A stretch of 29,619 nucleotides of DNA, from NCBI GenBank assembly GCA_030706065.1, contig JAUZPH010000001.1:1-29619 (forward strand), written 5' to 3'. Source of the stretch: Bacillota bacterium (GTDB lineage: Bacteria; Bacillota; Clostridia; Clostridiales; Clostridiaceae). Shown here in pieces: positions 1 through 7,261 of the stretch (position 1 is the first letter of the stretch; the number at the start of each line of letters is the position of its first letter). The notes beneath the pieces were generated by a model that saw only the letters and a list, made by a program, of their open reading frames with translations, was not told where the DNA came from and searched no databases. Position numbers and translations under genes: made by a program.

Positions 1-54
1 CGTTTGAGGGGCGTGTGAGCAATCGTACGGGTTCAAGTCCCGTCTCTCGCACCA
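1..54 (+). tRNA. tRNA-Leu(GAG), 5'-truncated by the window edge
   Basis: Anticodon loop TT-GAG-GG (GAG at 6-8), long variable arm, T-arm ACGGG-TTCAAGT-CCCGT, and an encoded CCA end at 52-54. Confidence 0.93.
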
Positions 55-71
55 AAATTATATATGTTCTG

Positions 72-244
72 AAATATGCGTTAAGCTCTTATTTTGAACC
101 TACATCAATTTTACGGGAGTTCAATATTCTGATGAGGATATGTACCATCTTGTGAGACCTATAACGGCATTGAAGGCGATAGAGACATCAATGAGGACAC
201 CCACCTATCGAGAGATAGGTGTCAAAATAGAGTACCGGTATTTT
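72..244 (+). ncRNA. ssrS: Probable 6S RNA; boundaries approximate
   Basis: Long closing stem GCTCTTATTTTGAACCT (85-101) / AGGTGTCAAAATAGAGT (217-233). Motifs TTGAACC..GGGAG and ATGAGGACACCCACCT resemble Firmicute 6S RNAs as recalled. Length is ~170 nt and a terminator follows. Confidence 0.75.
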
Positions 245-264
245 GGATATAAATATGAATTAAT

Positions 265-287
265 AGAGAGGTATACCTCTCTTTTTT
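265..287 (+). terminator. Intrinsic terminator after the 6S RNA
   Basis: Palindrome AGAGAGGTATACCTCTCT followed by a T run. Confidence 0.7.
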
Positions 288-442
288 CATTTTTTGTTAT
301 TGTCGACACACCTTGTAAGTTTCATGTATGGCAAGGTTTAATAAAAGATACGTAAAGTCATCATATTTTTAAAATACATATTATGCAGAAGGGAATTGGG
401 AGGTAGATGTAGAATAATTAAATATCAGGGTGAGGTGAAATT

Positions 443-967
443 ATGTTTGATTTGGAGATTTGTTTTGATGATATAAAACTGTCCAGCATATATCAAGAGG
501 ATCTGCCGGAGGTACAAAAGTGGATGCAGGAGCAGGTTATAACAAGCTCGGAGGTTGGATGGACTAATATAGATGAATTGCAGGACAGATTTTTAGAATA
601 TTATATGAGTGAGAATGAGATTTTCCTTAAGATTGAAAAAGGAACCGGTATTATTGGAATCTTTAAGGGAAGAGTTGAGTTTAAAAACCCCAATGAATTA
701 TTAATCTGGTGTTTTATTATAGACAGCAGTTTCAGGGGTATGGGAGTAGGGAGCAGAATACTGAAAGAAGTGATAAGTTTTTTTGAAAACAATTATGGAA
801 TTTATACCTTCTCTACCGGTATAATTGAAGGAAGTATAAAAGCTCTGCGCTTCTGGAATAAAAATGAATTTATTCTCCATAGAGTTTCCAAGAGCTTCTT
901 TAATGTGAAGGGAGAGGAGAGGGATATGATCATTTTAAAAAGAGAGGAAAAGCTGGAGGTGCTTTAG
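443..967 (+). CDS. GNAT-family N-acetyltransferase
   Basis: 174 aa, RBS GTGAGGTG, acetyl-CoA motif A (FIIDSSFRGMGVG) and motif B (NEF preceded by ALRFW). Confidence 0.85.
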   Translation: MFDLEICFDDIKLSSIYQEDLPEVQKWMQEQVITSSEVGWTNIDELQDRFLEYYMSENEIFLKIEKGTGIIGIFKGRVEFKNPNELLIWCFIIDSSFRGMGVGSRILKEVISFFENNYGIYTFSTGIIEGSIKALRFWNKNEFILHRVSKSFFNVKGEERDMIILKREEKLEVL

Positions 968-1050
968 GCTCTGTCACAAATATTGGGAATATTCCGTACC
1001 TGGCTTATGTGTGTTCGAAGTTGTGAGAGTATGCCTTTGGTCTTGTTATA

Positions 1051-1150
1051 CAGATACGGAAATTTAAACCTTTAGTATTCACCTGAGAAAATAGCGAATC
1101 TTCAACGATTTTTCGAAGGCGATAGATTAAGATATAAATTTCCGCAGCTA
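1051..1150 (-). repeat. ~100-bp nested-palindrome repeat, subfamily 1, copy C
   Basis: 87/97 identical to the reverse complement of 18910-19006. Terminal IR CGGAAATTTA/TAAATTTCCG, core hairpin at 1087-1114, TA on both flanks (1049-50, 1151-52). Confidence 0.9.
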
Positions 1151-1238
1151 TAAATGATTATATAAAAATTATATACGAAGAATTAGGAGAAAAGTTCGAA
1201 AGATATTCAAAAAAGTTACCAAATATGGATACTTTTTA

Positions 1239-1267
1239 TTGACTTTTTAATTTGTACAAACTATAAT
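1239..1267 (+). promoter_or_regulatory. SigA promoter of the riboswitch-NlpC/P60 unit
   Basis: TTGACT (1239-44), 17-nt spacer, TATAAT (1262-67), directly upstream of the aptamer. Confidence 0.85.
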
Positions 1268-1273
1268 TTTAGG

Positions 1274-1395
1274 TGAGCTGAATCCCCGTAGGGGGTACGG
1301 AGGAACCAATTATTGGGGTTAATCTGATTTGGACAAGATGTCCAGGCCAGTAGGGTAACCTTCACCCGAACCCGTCAGCTAACTCCGGAAGCGAA
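1274..1395 (+). promoter_or_regulatory. Cyclic di-AMP (ydaO/yuaA) riboswitch
   Basis: Hallmark segments GCTGAATCC, TACGGAGGAACC, TTGGGGTTAATC and CCCGAACCCGTCAGCTAACTCCG, upstream of a cell-wall hydrolase, the usual context for this class. Confidence 0.93.
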
Positions 1396-1407
1396 AGGAG
1401 GGTTTTT

Positions 1408-2034
1408 ATGAAAACTTTTAGAGGAAAAGTGCTATCTGCAGGTGTATTCGTTTTCGCGTTATGCATAGGCATGCATTTTGGCGGAAAAACTGTTAAGGCA
1501 GATACTGTAGGTGGTACCCAGGAAGGTGTAGTTATCAAGACGGCAACGGTTTCGACTAAAAAGGTAATTAAAATTCCCCAGAAAGAGGTCGTAACTACTG
1601 AGTCCACAAAAACTTCCACAAAGAGCTCTTCAAGAGGATTAAGTGGGGGAACTGCCATTGCAAATGGAAGCACCAGTGACGTTGTTCAGTATGCATTTCA
1701 GTTCTTAGGAAAGCCTTATGTATATGGAGGTACCGGTCCAAAAGCCTTTGATTGTTCAGGCTTTACTTCCTATGTATACCACCATTTCGGGGTGGAATTA
1801 CCCCGTACAGCGGCAGATCAATCCTCTGTTGGTGCAGCAGTTTCAAAAAGTGAGTTAAGGCCAGGGGACCTGTTATTCTTTAATACTCGTGGGTATATAT
1901 CTCATGCGGCATTATACATTGGAGACGGTCAATTTATTCATGCAGCAAATGAACAGAGTGGTGTAACAATCAGCAATCTCAGTACAGGATATTATGAAAA
2001 GACATATGTTGGAGCTAGAAGAATAATGAGATAG
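1408..2034 (+). CDS. Secreted NlpC/P60 (C40) peptidoglycan endopeptidase
   Basis: Signal peptide, Thr/Ser/Lys-rich linker, catalytic motifs YVYGG..FDCSG and SHAALY..FIHA. Confidence 0.92.
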   Translation: MKTFRGKVLSAGVFVFALCIGMHFGGKTVKADTVGGTQEGVVIKTATVSTKKVIKIPQKEVVTTESTKTSTKSSSRGLSGGTAIANGSTSDVVQYAFQFLGKPYVYGGTGPKAFDCSGFTSYVYHHFGVELPRTAADQSSVGAAVSKSELRPGDLLFFNTRGYISHAALYIGDGQFIHAANEQSGVTISNLSTGYYEKTYVGARRIMR

Positions 2035-2049
2035 TACCAACTAAAACTA

Positions 2050-2076
2050 CCCGGCAAAGTTTGTCGGGTTTTTTTT
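2050..2076 (+). terminator. Intrinsic terminator
   Basis: CCCGGCAA/TTGTCGGG stem followed by 8 T. Confidence 0.85.
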
Positions 2077-2185
2077 ATTCTAAATTATCACCTCTATCAA
2101 TACATATGGTATTGGAAAGGGTCTTTTTATACAGCGCATAAGCCGCTGTGAGATTATCCTTCCGATAAAGATGTGAGGTGATAAG

Positions 2186-2911
2186 ATGAAATACACAAGA
2201 TATGATTTCAGGAGAAGAAAAGAAGAAAAGATTTCAGTAGCGGTTATATTTATAAGCATAATCCTGGCAGCAGTCCTGCTGGGAACGGCATTGTCCAGTT
2301 TGTTCATTAAGGGTCAATCCGGTAAGGCAGATTCCGGACAGAAAAGCGGCAGTGGAACAAAATCCTCTTCACAAAACGGTACGGATTCGGAAGCAGGAGC
2401 AGTTCCGTTAAAATTCCTGATTATCCAGGGTGGCAACTTTACTAATGAGAGCTATGCCATGACTTTAAAGGAAAGCCTGAAAGCGATTGTTAATCCGTTC
2501 TCCGTGAAGGAGGAGGATGGGAAAACAAGGGTACTAGCCGGAATTTTTAACGAGGATGAATATGAGGCAGCACTAAAGAAGCTTACTGATAAAAGCCTGG
2601 ATAACAGCAAGATGACCTATGAGATAAATATTGAAGATCAGTCCTGTCTGGAGATTGAGGAGATAATAAGAGCCCATTTGAGGTGCCTTACCCCTCTTAC
2701 AGAGCAGAATACCATATCTGTAAAGACAGATGATATCAAAAAGTGGCTTCCTACTCTTCCGGCAGTGAAGGAAAACAGCAAACACTTCAAGGAGCTTGAA
2801 GCTTACAAGACATATATAAGTTCTCTACCTGCAGAAATTGGAAAAGATAAAGTAGAGGAAAATTACATATATATTTACAATCTGCTCAAAAAGGTCGGAA
2901 CAAAGATATAA
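2186..2911 (+). CDS. Membrane-anchored hypothetical protein, possibly SPOR-like
   Basis: RBS GTGAGGTG, basic N-terminus, one TM helix, Gly/Ser linker, and a segment IIQGGNFTNESYA reminiscent of SPOR repeats. Function uncertain. Confidence 0.6.
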   Translation: MKYTRYDFRRRKEEKISVAVIFISIILAAVLLGTALSSLFIKGQSGKADSGQKSGSGTKSSSQNGTDSEAGAVPLKFLIIQGGNFTNESYAMTLKESLKAIVNPFSVKEEDGKTRVLAGIFNEDEYEAALKKLTDKSLDNSKMTYEINIEDQSCLEIEEIIRAHLRCLTPLTEQNTISVKTDDIKKWLPTLPAVKENSKHFKELEAYKTYISSLPAEIGKDKVEENYIYIYNLLKKVGTKI

Positions 2912-2923
2912 GGAAAAGCATGC

Positions 2924-2951
2924 AGGATGTATCTCAGGATACATCCTTTTT
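2924..2951 (+). terminator. Intrinsic terminator
   Basis: AGGATGTATC-TCAG-GATACATCCT followed by Ts. Confidence 0.8.
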
Positions 2952-3154
2952 CGTGCTCTCAGACAGCAAAATTTTATTGTTAAAATGTAAACATACTTGT
3001 TTATAACTGTATTAAGTGATAAACTATAAAAGATGTTATGTATAGAGACAGGAAAGTCCCTATCATGCATTGGCAGCGGTAGAATCGTATAGATGTATTC
3101 AAAAGTTGCTGCGGGGAAATATAAATAACTTGTGTATTTTTGTAAAAGTGGGGG

Positions 3155-3418
3155 ATGGAATTGAAAGGTTCGGGAAAGTCTTCGATATTTTTTGTATTCC
3201 TGATTTTATTGGGAGCCTTGACCGGAAGCCTCCTGGGAGAGATGCTTGGCGATATCACCGTACTAAGTTTTTTAAAACACGTATATAGTATTGGAACCTC
3301 TTCACCGGTTACGCTGAATTTGAAGGTAATAACCTTTACCTTCGGATTTAATTTAAATATGAATATGATGTCTATAATTGGTGTAATTGTGGCAATAATA
3401 CTGTATAGAAAATATTAG
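3155..3418 (+). CDS. Small membrane protein, DUF4321-like
   Basis: 87 aa with two hydrophobic segments, in the usual position upstream of maf in clostridia. Confidence 0.75.
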   Translation: MELKGSGKSSIFFVFLILLGALTGSLLGEMLGDITVLSFLKHVYSIGTSSPVTLNLKVITFTFGFNLNMNMMSIIGVIVAIILYRKY

Positions 3419-3431
3419 GGTGTGATAATCG

Positions 3432-4007
3432 ATGAAGATAATACTGGCCTCGGCGTCTGAAAGGAGAATAGAACTTCTTAAGAGGGTTGTAGAGGACTTT
3501 TCTGTAATTGTGAGTAATTTTGACGAAGAAAGCGTAGAATTTAAAGGTGACTTCGGAAGCTATGTTAATGAGTTATCTAAAGGAAAGGCCTTTGCAGCTG
3601 CATACCAGGCTGATGAGGAAGCCTATATTATAGCCTGCGATACGATAGTTGCCTGTGACGGAAAGGTTTTAGGGAAGCCGAAGGACAGGGATGATGCAAT
3701 TGAAATGCTGAAAATGCTCAGCGGGAAATCCCACGAGGTCTATTCCGGAGTTACTGTTTTATGTTGCGGCAGTGGTGATTTTGAGAGTGATTTTGTTAGG
3801 ACTGAGGTTCGTTTTTCGAAGCTCTCGGAAGAGGAAATCTCAAAATACGTAGATACCGGCGAACCTATGGATAAGGCAGGTGCCTACGGAATTCAGGGCT
3901 ATGGTGGTGTGTTTGTGGAAGGTATCTGCGGATGCTATTACAGTGTTGTGGGGCTTCCGATAAACAGGCTTAAATACATACTGAGGGATATGGGGGTAAA
4001 TCTTTAA
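3432..4007 (+). CDS. maf: Maf nucleoside-triphosphate pyrophosphatase
   Basis: ILASASERR, IACDTIV, GKPKD and KAGAYGIQG motifs. Confidence 0.95.
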   Translation: MKIILASASERRIELLKRVVEDFSVIVSNFDEESVEFKGDFGSYVNELSKGKAFAAAYQADEEAYIIACDTIVACDGKVLGKPKDRDDAIEMLKMLSGKSHEVYSGVTVLCCGSGDFESDFVRTEVRFSKLSEEEISKYVDTGEPMDKAGAYGIQGYGGVFVEGICGCYYSVVGLPINRLKYILRDMGVNL

Positions 4008-4020
4008 AAGGAGTAGTGTA

Positions 4021-4707
4021 ATGGAAAACACGCTGAAGATTATGGATTTACCTGAAAATGAAAGGCCCAGGGAAAGGCTTATTAGGTTTGGACCGGAGAC
4101 TCTTTCAAACAGCGAGCTTTTGGCGGTTATACTGGGAAAGGGCAGTAAAGGAGAAAATATTGTAAGCCTCAGCAACCGCATACTCATGGAATGCGGTGGG
4201 CTCAACGGCCTTCTAAGCTGCACCGGAGAGGAATTTATGAAACTCAGAGGCATAAAGGAGGCTAAAGCTGCCCAACTGTTGGCTTTAGCTGAAGTGTCAA
4301 AGAGATTCAGGTCTTACCGGTCCGGTGATGAGTACAGGGTTAAGTCCCCTGAAGATGCCGCCGGTATAGTAATGGAATCAATGAGATACCTGAAGCAGGA
4401 GGTTCTGAGGGTAATTCTGCTGAATACTAAAAATGTGGTAATACTTTCAAAGGATGTTTCCATGGGGAGTGTAAATTCTTCCATCGTACACCCGAGGGAG
4501 GTTTTCACGGAAGCAGTAAAGCGGTGTGCCGCTTCCATAATTATCTGTCATAATCATCCGTCCGGAGATCCCACACCCAGCAGTGAGGATATAAATATAA
4601 CTCACAGATTGAAGGAATGTGGCAAATTACTGGGGATAGAAATTATAGATCATTTAATTATCGGAAACGGTACGTATATAAGTTTAAAGGAAAAAGGATT
4701 TTTGTAA
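4021..4707 (+). CDS. radC: RadC / JAB-domain protein
   Basis: ERPRERL N-terminus, HhH motif, HNHPSGDPTPSSED..DH metal motif. Confidence 0.95.
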   Translation: MENTLKIMDLPENERPRERLIRFGPETLSNSELLAVILGKGSKGENIVSLSNRILMECGGLNGLLSCTGEEFMKLRGIKEAKAAQLLALAEVSKRFRSYRSGDEYRVKSPEDAAGIVMESMRYLKQEVLRVILLNTKNVVILSKDVSMGSVNSSIVHPREVFTEAVKRCAASIIICHNHPSGDPTPSSEDINITHRLKECGKLLGIEIIDHLIIGNGTYISLKEKGFL

Positions 4708-4726
4708 CTGAAAGGAGAAACATTTT

Positions 4727-5737
4727 ATGGGATTATTTTCAATATCAAGAGATATGGGTATAGATTTAGGTACGGCAAATACTCTGGTTTATGTTAAGGG
4801 AAAGGGAATAGTGTTAAGAGAACCTTCCGTAGTAGCAATCAACAGTATGAACAAAAAGGTGCTGGCAGTAGGTGAAGAGGCAAAGAAGATGATTGGAAGA
4901 ACACCGGGTAATATTGTAGCCATTAGGCCTATGAAGGATGGAGTTATTGCAGATTTTGATGTTACCCAGATGATGCTTAAAAAGTTCATTAGCAAGGTTA
5001 TCGGAAAGAGTGCCTTTGCCAGCCCAAGAATAATTGTGTGTTACCCTTCCGGAGTTACCGAGGTTGAAAAGAGAGCTATAGATGAGGCTGCAAAACAGGC
5101 CGGAGCAAGAGAGGTAGTTCTCATGGAGGAGCCAATGGCTGCCGCTATTGGAGCAGGATTACCGGTAGATGAACCAACAGGCAGTATGATTGTCGACATT
5201 GGAGGGGGTACTACCGAGGTAGCCATCATATCTCTGGAAGGTATTGTAACCAGCAAGTCCTTAAGAATAGCAGGAGATGAGCTTGATCAGGCAATAATCA
5301 GCTACATAAAGAAGGAATACAACCTGATGATTGGCGAAAGAACTGCCGAAAGTGTGAAAATGGAATTAGGCTCAGCTTTCCGAATGGAAGAAGAAAAGGA
5401 TATGGATATAAAAGGCAGAGATTTGGTTTCAGGTCTGCCAAAGACAATAACTGTAACTATGGAACAGATTAGAGAAGCGTTAAAGGAACCTATATCAGCA
5501 ATTATAGATGCTATAAAAACCACCTTGGAAAAAACCCCTCCGGAACTGGCTGCAGATATTATGGATAAGGGAATAATGCTTGCAGGCGGAGGTGCACTGC
5601 TTAAAGGGCTTGATAAACTCATAAACCATGAGACCCATATGCCTGTTCATATAGCTGAGTCACCTCTGGATTGTGTGGCACTGGGTGCAGGGAAAGCTCT
5701 GGAGTACTTTGACAGGATAAGCAAAAGAAGAGGATAG
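4727..5737 (+). CDS. mreB: Rod-shape actin homologue MreB
   Basis: [20 protein letters not shown] and GGGALL motifs. Confidence 0.98.
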   Translation: MGLFSISRDMGIDLGTANTLVYVKGKGIVLREPSVVAINSMNKKVLAVGEEAKKMIGRTPGNIVAIRPMKDGVIADFDVTQMMLKKFISKVIGKSAFASPRIIVCYPSGVTEVEKRAIDEAAKQAGAREVVLMEEPMAAAIGAGLPVDEPTGSMIVDIGGGTTEVAIISLEGIVTSKSLRIAGDELDQAIISYIKKEYNLMIGERTAESVKMELGSAFRMEEEKDMDIKGRDLVSGLPKTITVTMEQIREALKEPISAIIDAIKTTLEKTPPELAADIMDKGIMLAGGGALLKGLDKLINHETHMPVHIAESPLDCVALGAGKALEYFDRISKRRG

Positions 5738-5739
5738 GC

Positions 5740-6603
5740 ATGAAATTTTTCAGAAATAAACTGGCAGTAGCTGTTGCAATACTGTCAGTTACATTTTTAA
5801 TAGCCATTGCATATACCGCTAAAAGGGATAACAAGAACTTTCTCGAAGGCGGAGTAGGCACAGTTTTTAACAAGGTTCAAGGTGCGTTCTATAGTGCTAA
5901 TAGTAAAATTGATGATTTTTTCAGCTTCATTGTTCATTTTTCCGAAGTAAAAAATGAGAATGAGGAACTTAGAAAAGAAAATGCAGAACTGCAAAACCAG
6001 GTTCTTAATTATAACAGTCTGAAAAGCGAGAATGAAAACTTGAGGGAACAGGCTAAATTTGAACAGGCAAATGCCTACTACGACTTTGTGGGATGCAATA
6101 TTGTTTCCGTACCGGGAGCATCAATGCTGGATACGTTTATTCTGGATCGTGGTAAAAAGGATGGAGTAATCAAAGGAAGAATTGTACTTACGGCACAAGG
6201 ACTGATAGGACAAGTGTCCACTGTAAGTGATACATGGTGTACTGTTGAAAGTATTTCCAGCGAGAATATAGGCGTTGGTGCCCTTGATTTGACAACTAAT
6301 GATCAGGGTATAATAAGGGGTTATAAAGACAGTAACGGAAACCCGATGGCAAAAATGACCTATCTACCTCTTGAATCCAATATTAAGGAGGGAGACGTAA
6401 TTGTTACCTCCGGAGATGGACAGAAATATCCAAAGGGTATCAGGATAGGAACTGTGGTATCCGTTGAGGATGACAAGGCAAGAGTGATGAAAAATGCTGT
6501 CATAAAACCTTTTGTTGATTTAAACAGATTGGATCAGGTGCTTATAATATTACCCAAGGACAGAAGTGCGAGAGATTATATAGGGGAGGAAATCAAACAA
6601 TGA
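5740..6603 (+). CDS. mreC: Rod-shape protein MreC
   Basis: N-terminal TM, coiled coil, GDVIVTSG..YPKGI motif, follows mreB. Confidence 0.95.
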   Translation: MKFFRNKLAVAVAILSVTFLIAIAYTAKRDNKNFLEGGVGTVFNKVQGAFYSANSKIDDFFSFIVHFSEVKNENEELRKENAELQNQVLNYNSLKSENENLREQAKFEQANAYYDFVGCNIVSVPGASMLDTFILDRGKKDGVIKGRIVLTAQGLIGQVSTVSDTWCTVESISSENIGVGALDLTTNDQGIIRGYKDSNGNPMAKMTYLPLESNIKEGDVIVTSGDGQKYPKGIRIGTVVSVEDDKARVMKNAVIKPFVDLNRLDQVLIILPKDRSARDYIGEEIKQ

Positions 6604-7094
6604 AAAGGGTTGTTGTGATATTGATGTGTGTATTTCTATACATTATAGATAACACACTCCTCCCTTTTTTAAATATAAAGGGCTATTATCCCAGTGCCTT
6701 ATTTATTTTTCTTATATTTTATTCCATAAACAATGATTATTGGGAAGCAATCAAGGTAGGGGTAATTGCAGGACTTCTTCAAGATTTGTACTTTAGCCAG
6801 GCCTTGGGAATCAATCCTCTGGTAAATATGCTTACATGTGTTGCAGCAGTAAAAGTCGGAGAGAATATTTTTAAAGAGAAAAGGCTCATACCGGTAATGG
6901 CGCTTTTTGCATTATCCTTCTTAAGAGGGCTTTGTGTATTCTCCCTGTTGTATGTTATTGGGTTGAAAGCAGATTATAAGTCAACATTGTATGTTTCCAT
7001 CTATAATGCAGTACTTTCGATATTTATGTATAAGCCTTTATATAAACTTCTCCAGAAACCATTTATGAAAAAGCAGTGGAAATTTGAAAAATAG
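6600..7094 (+). CDS. mreD: Rod-shape protein MreD
   Basis: Polytopic 164-aa protein with GLLQDL..LG motif; ATGA overlap with mreC. Confidence 0.93.
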   Translation: MKRVVVILMCVFLYIIDNTLLPFLNIKGYYPSALFIFLIFYSINNDYWEAIKVGVIAGLLQDLYFSQALGINPLVNMLTCVAAVKVGENIFKEKRLIPVMALFALSFLRGLCVFSLLYVIGLKADYKSTLYVSIYNAVLSIFMYKPLYKLLQKPFMKKQWKFEK

Positions 7095-7101
7095 CCAATG
7101 G

Positions 7102-7146
7102 AAAAAGGCAGTTTGTATCTATATTTGGTACAAACCGCTTTTTTTT
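7102..7146 (+). terminator. Intrinsic terminator after mreD
   Basis: GGCAGTTTGTA / TACAAACCGCT imperfect stem with an A tract before and a long T tract after. Confidence 0.7.
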
Positions 7147-7261
7147 ACTTTCAATATGGAAGGATTTATGGTATAAGTATTATAATGGATATATGCCCAT
7201 ATTGAGGCATTATTTTATATTTTGAGCTTTTTGATGGGATGCCAATTGGGAGGGGCGACAT

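Noticed and set aside
140-355. 71-aa ORF in the ORF track
   Set aside because: It overlaps the probable 6S RNA and its terminator, has no convincing RBS and resembles no protein family.
1-970. tRNA 3' end as a prophage or island attachment site
   Set aside because: No integrase follows, no duplicate of the tRNA 3' end occurs in the window, and the downstream genes are ordinary chromosomal genes.
976-1029. CGTACC(T/A)GGC similarity to 24512-24521 and a weak TCACAA/TTGTGA inverted repeat next to copy C
   Set aside because: Roughly 13/19 identity with a gap; too short to call a repeat or terminator.
3073-3120. TATAGATG and TTGCTGCGG..GAAAT resembling repeat termini upstream of the DUF4321 gene
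   Set aside because: Only 8-9-nt matches, in an order that does not rebuild the element architecture.
4021-4707. radC as a marker of a mobile element
   Set aside because: It is the full-length HhH+JAB form in the conserved maf-radC-mreBCD context, not the short ICE/prophage-type JAB protein.
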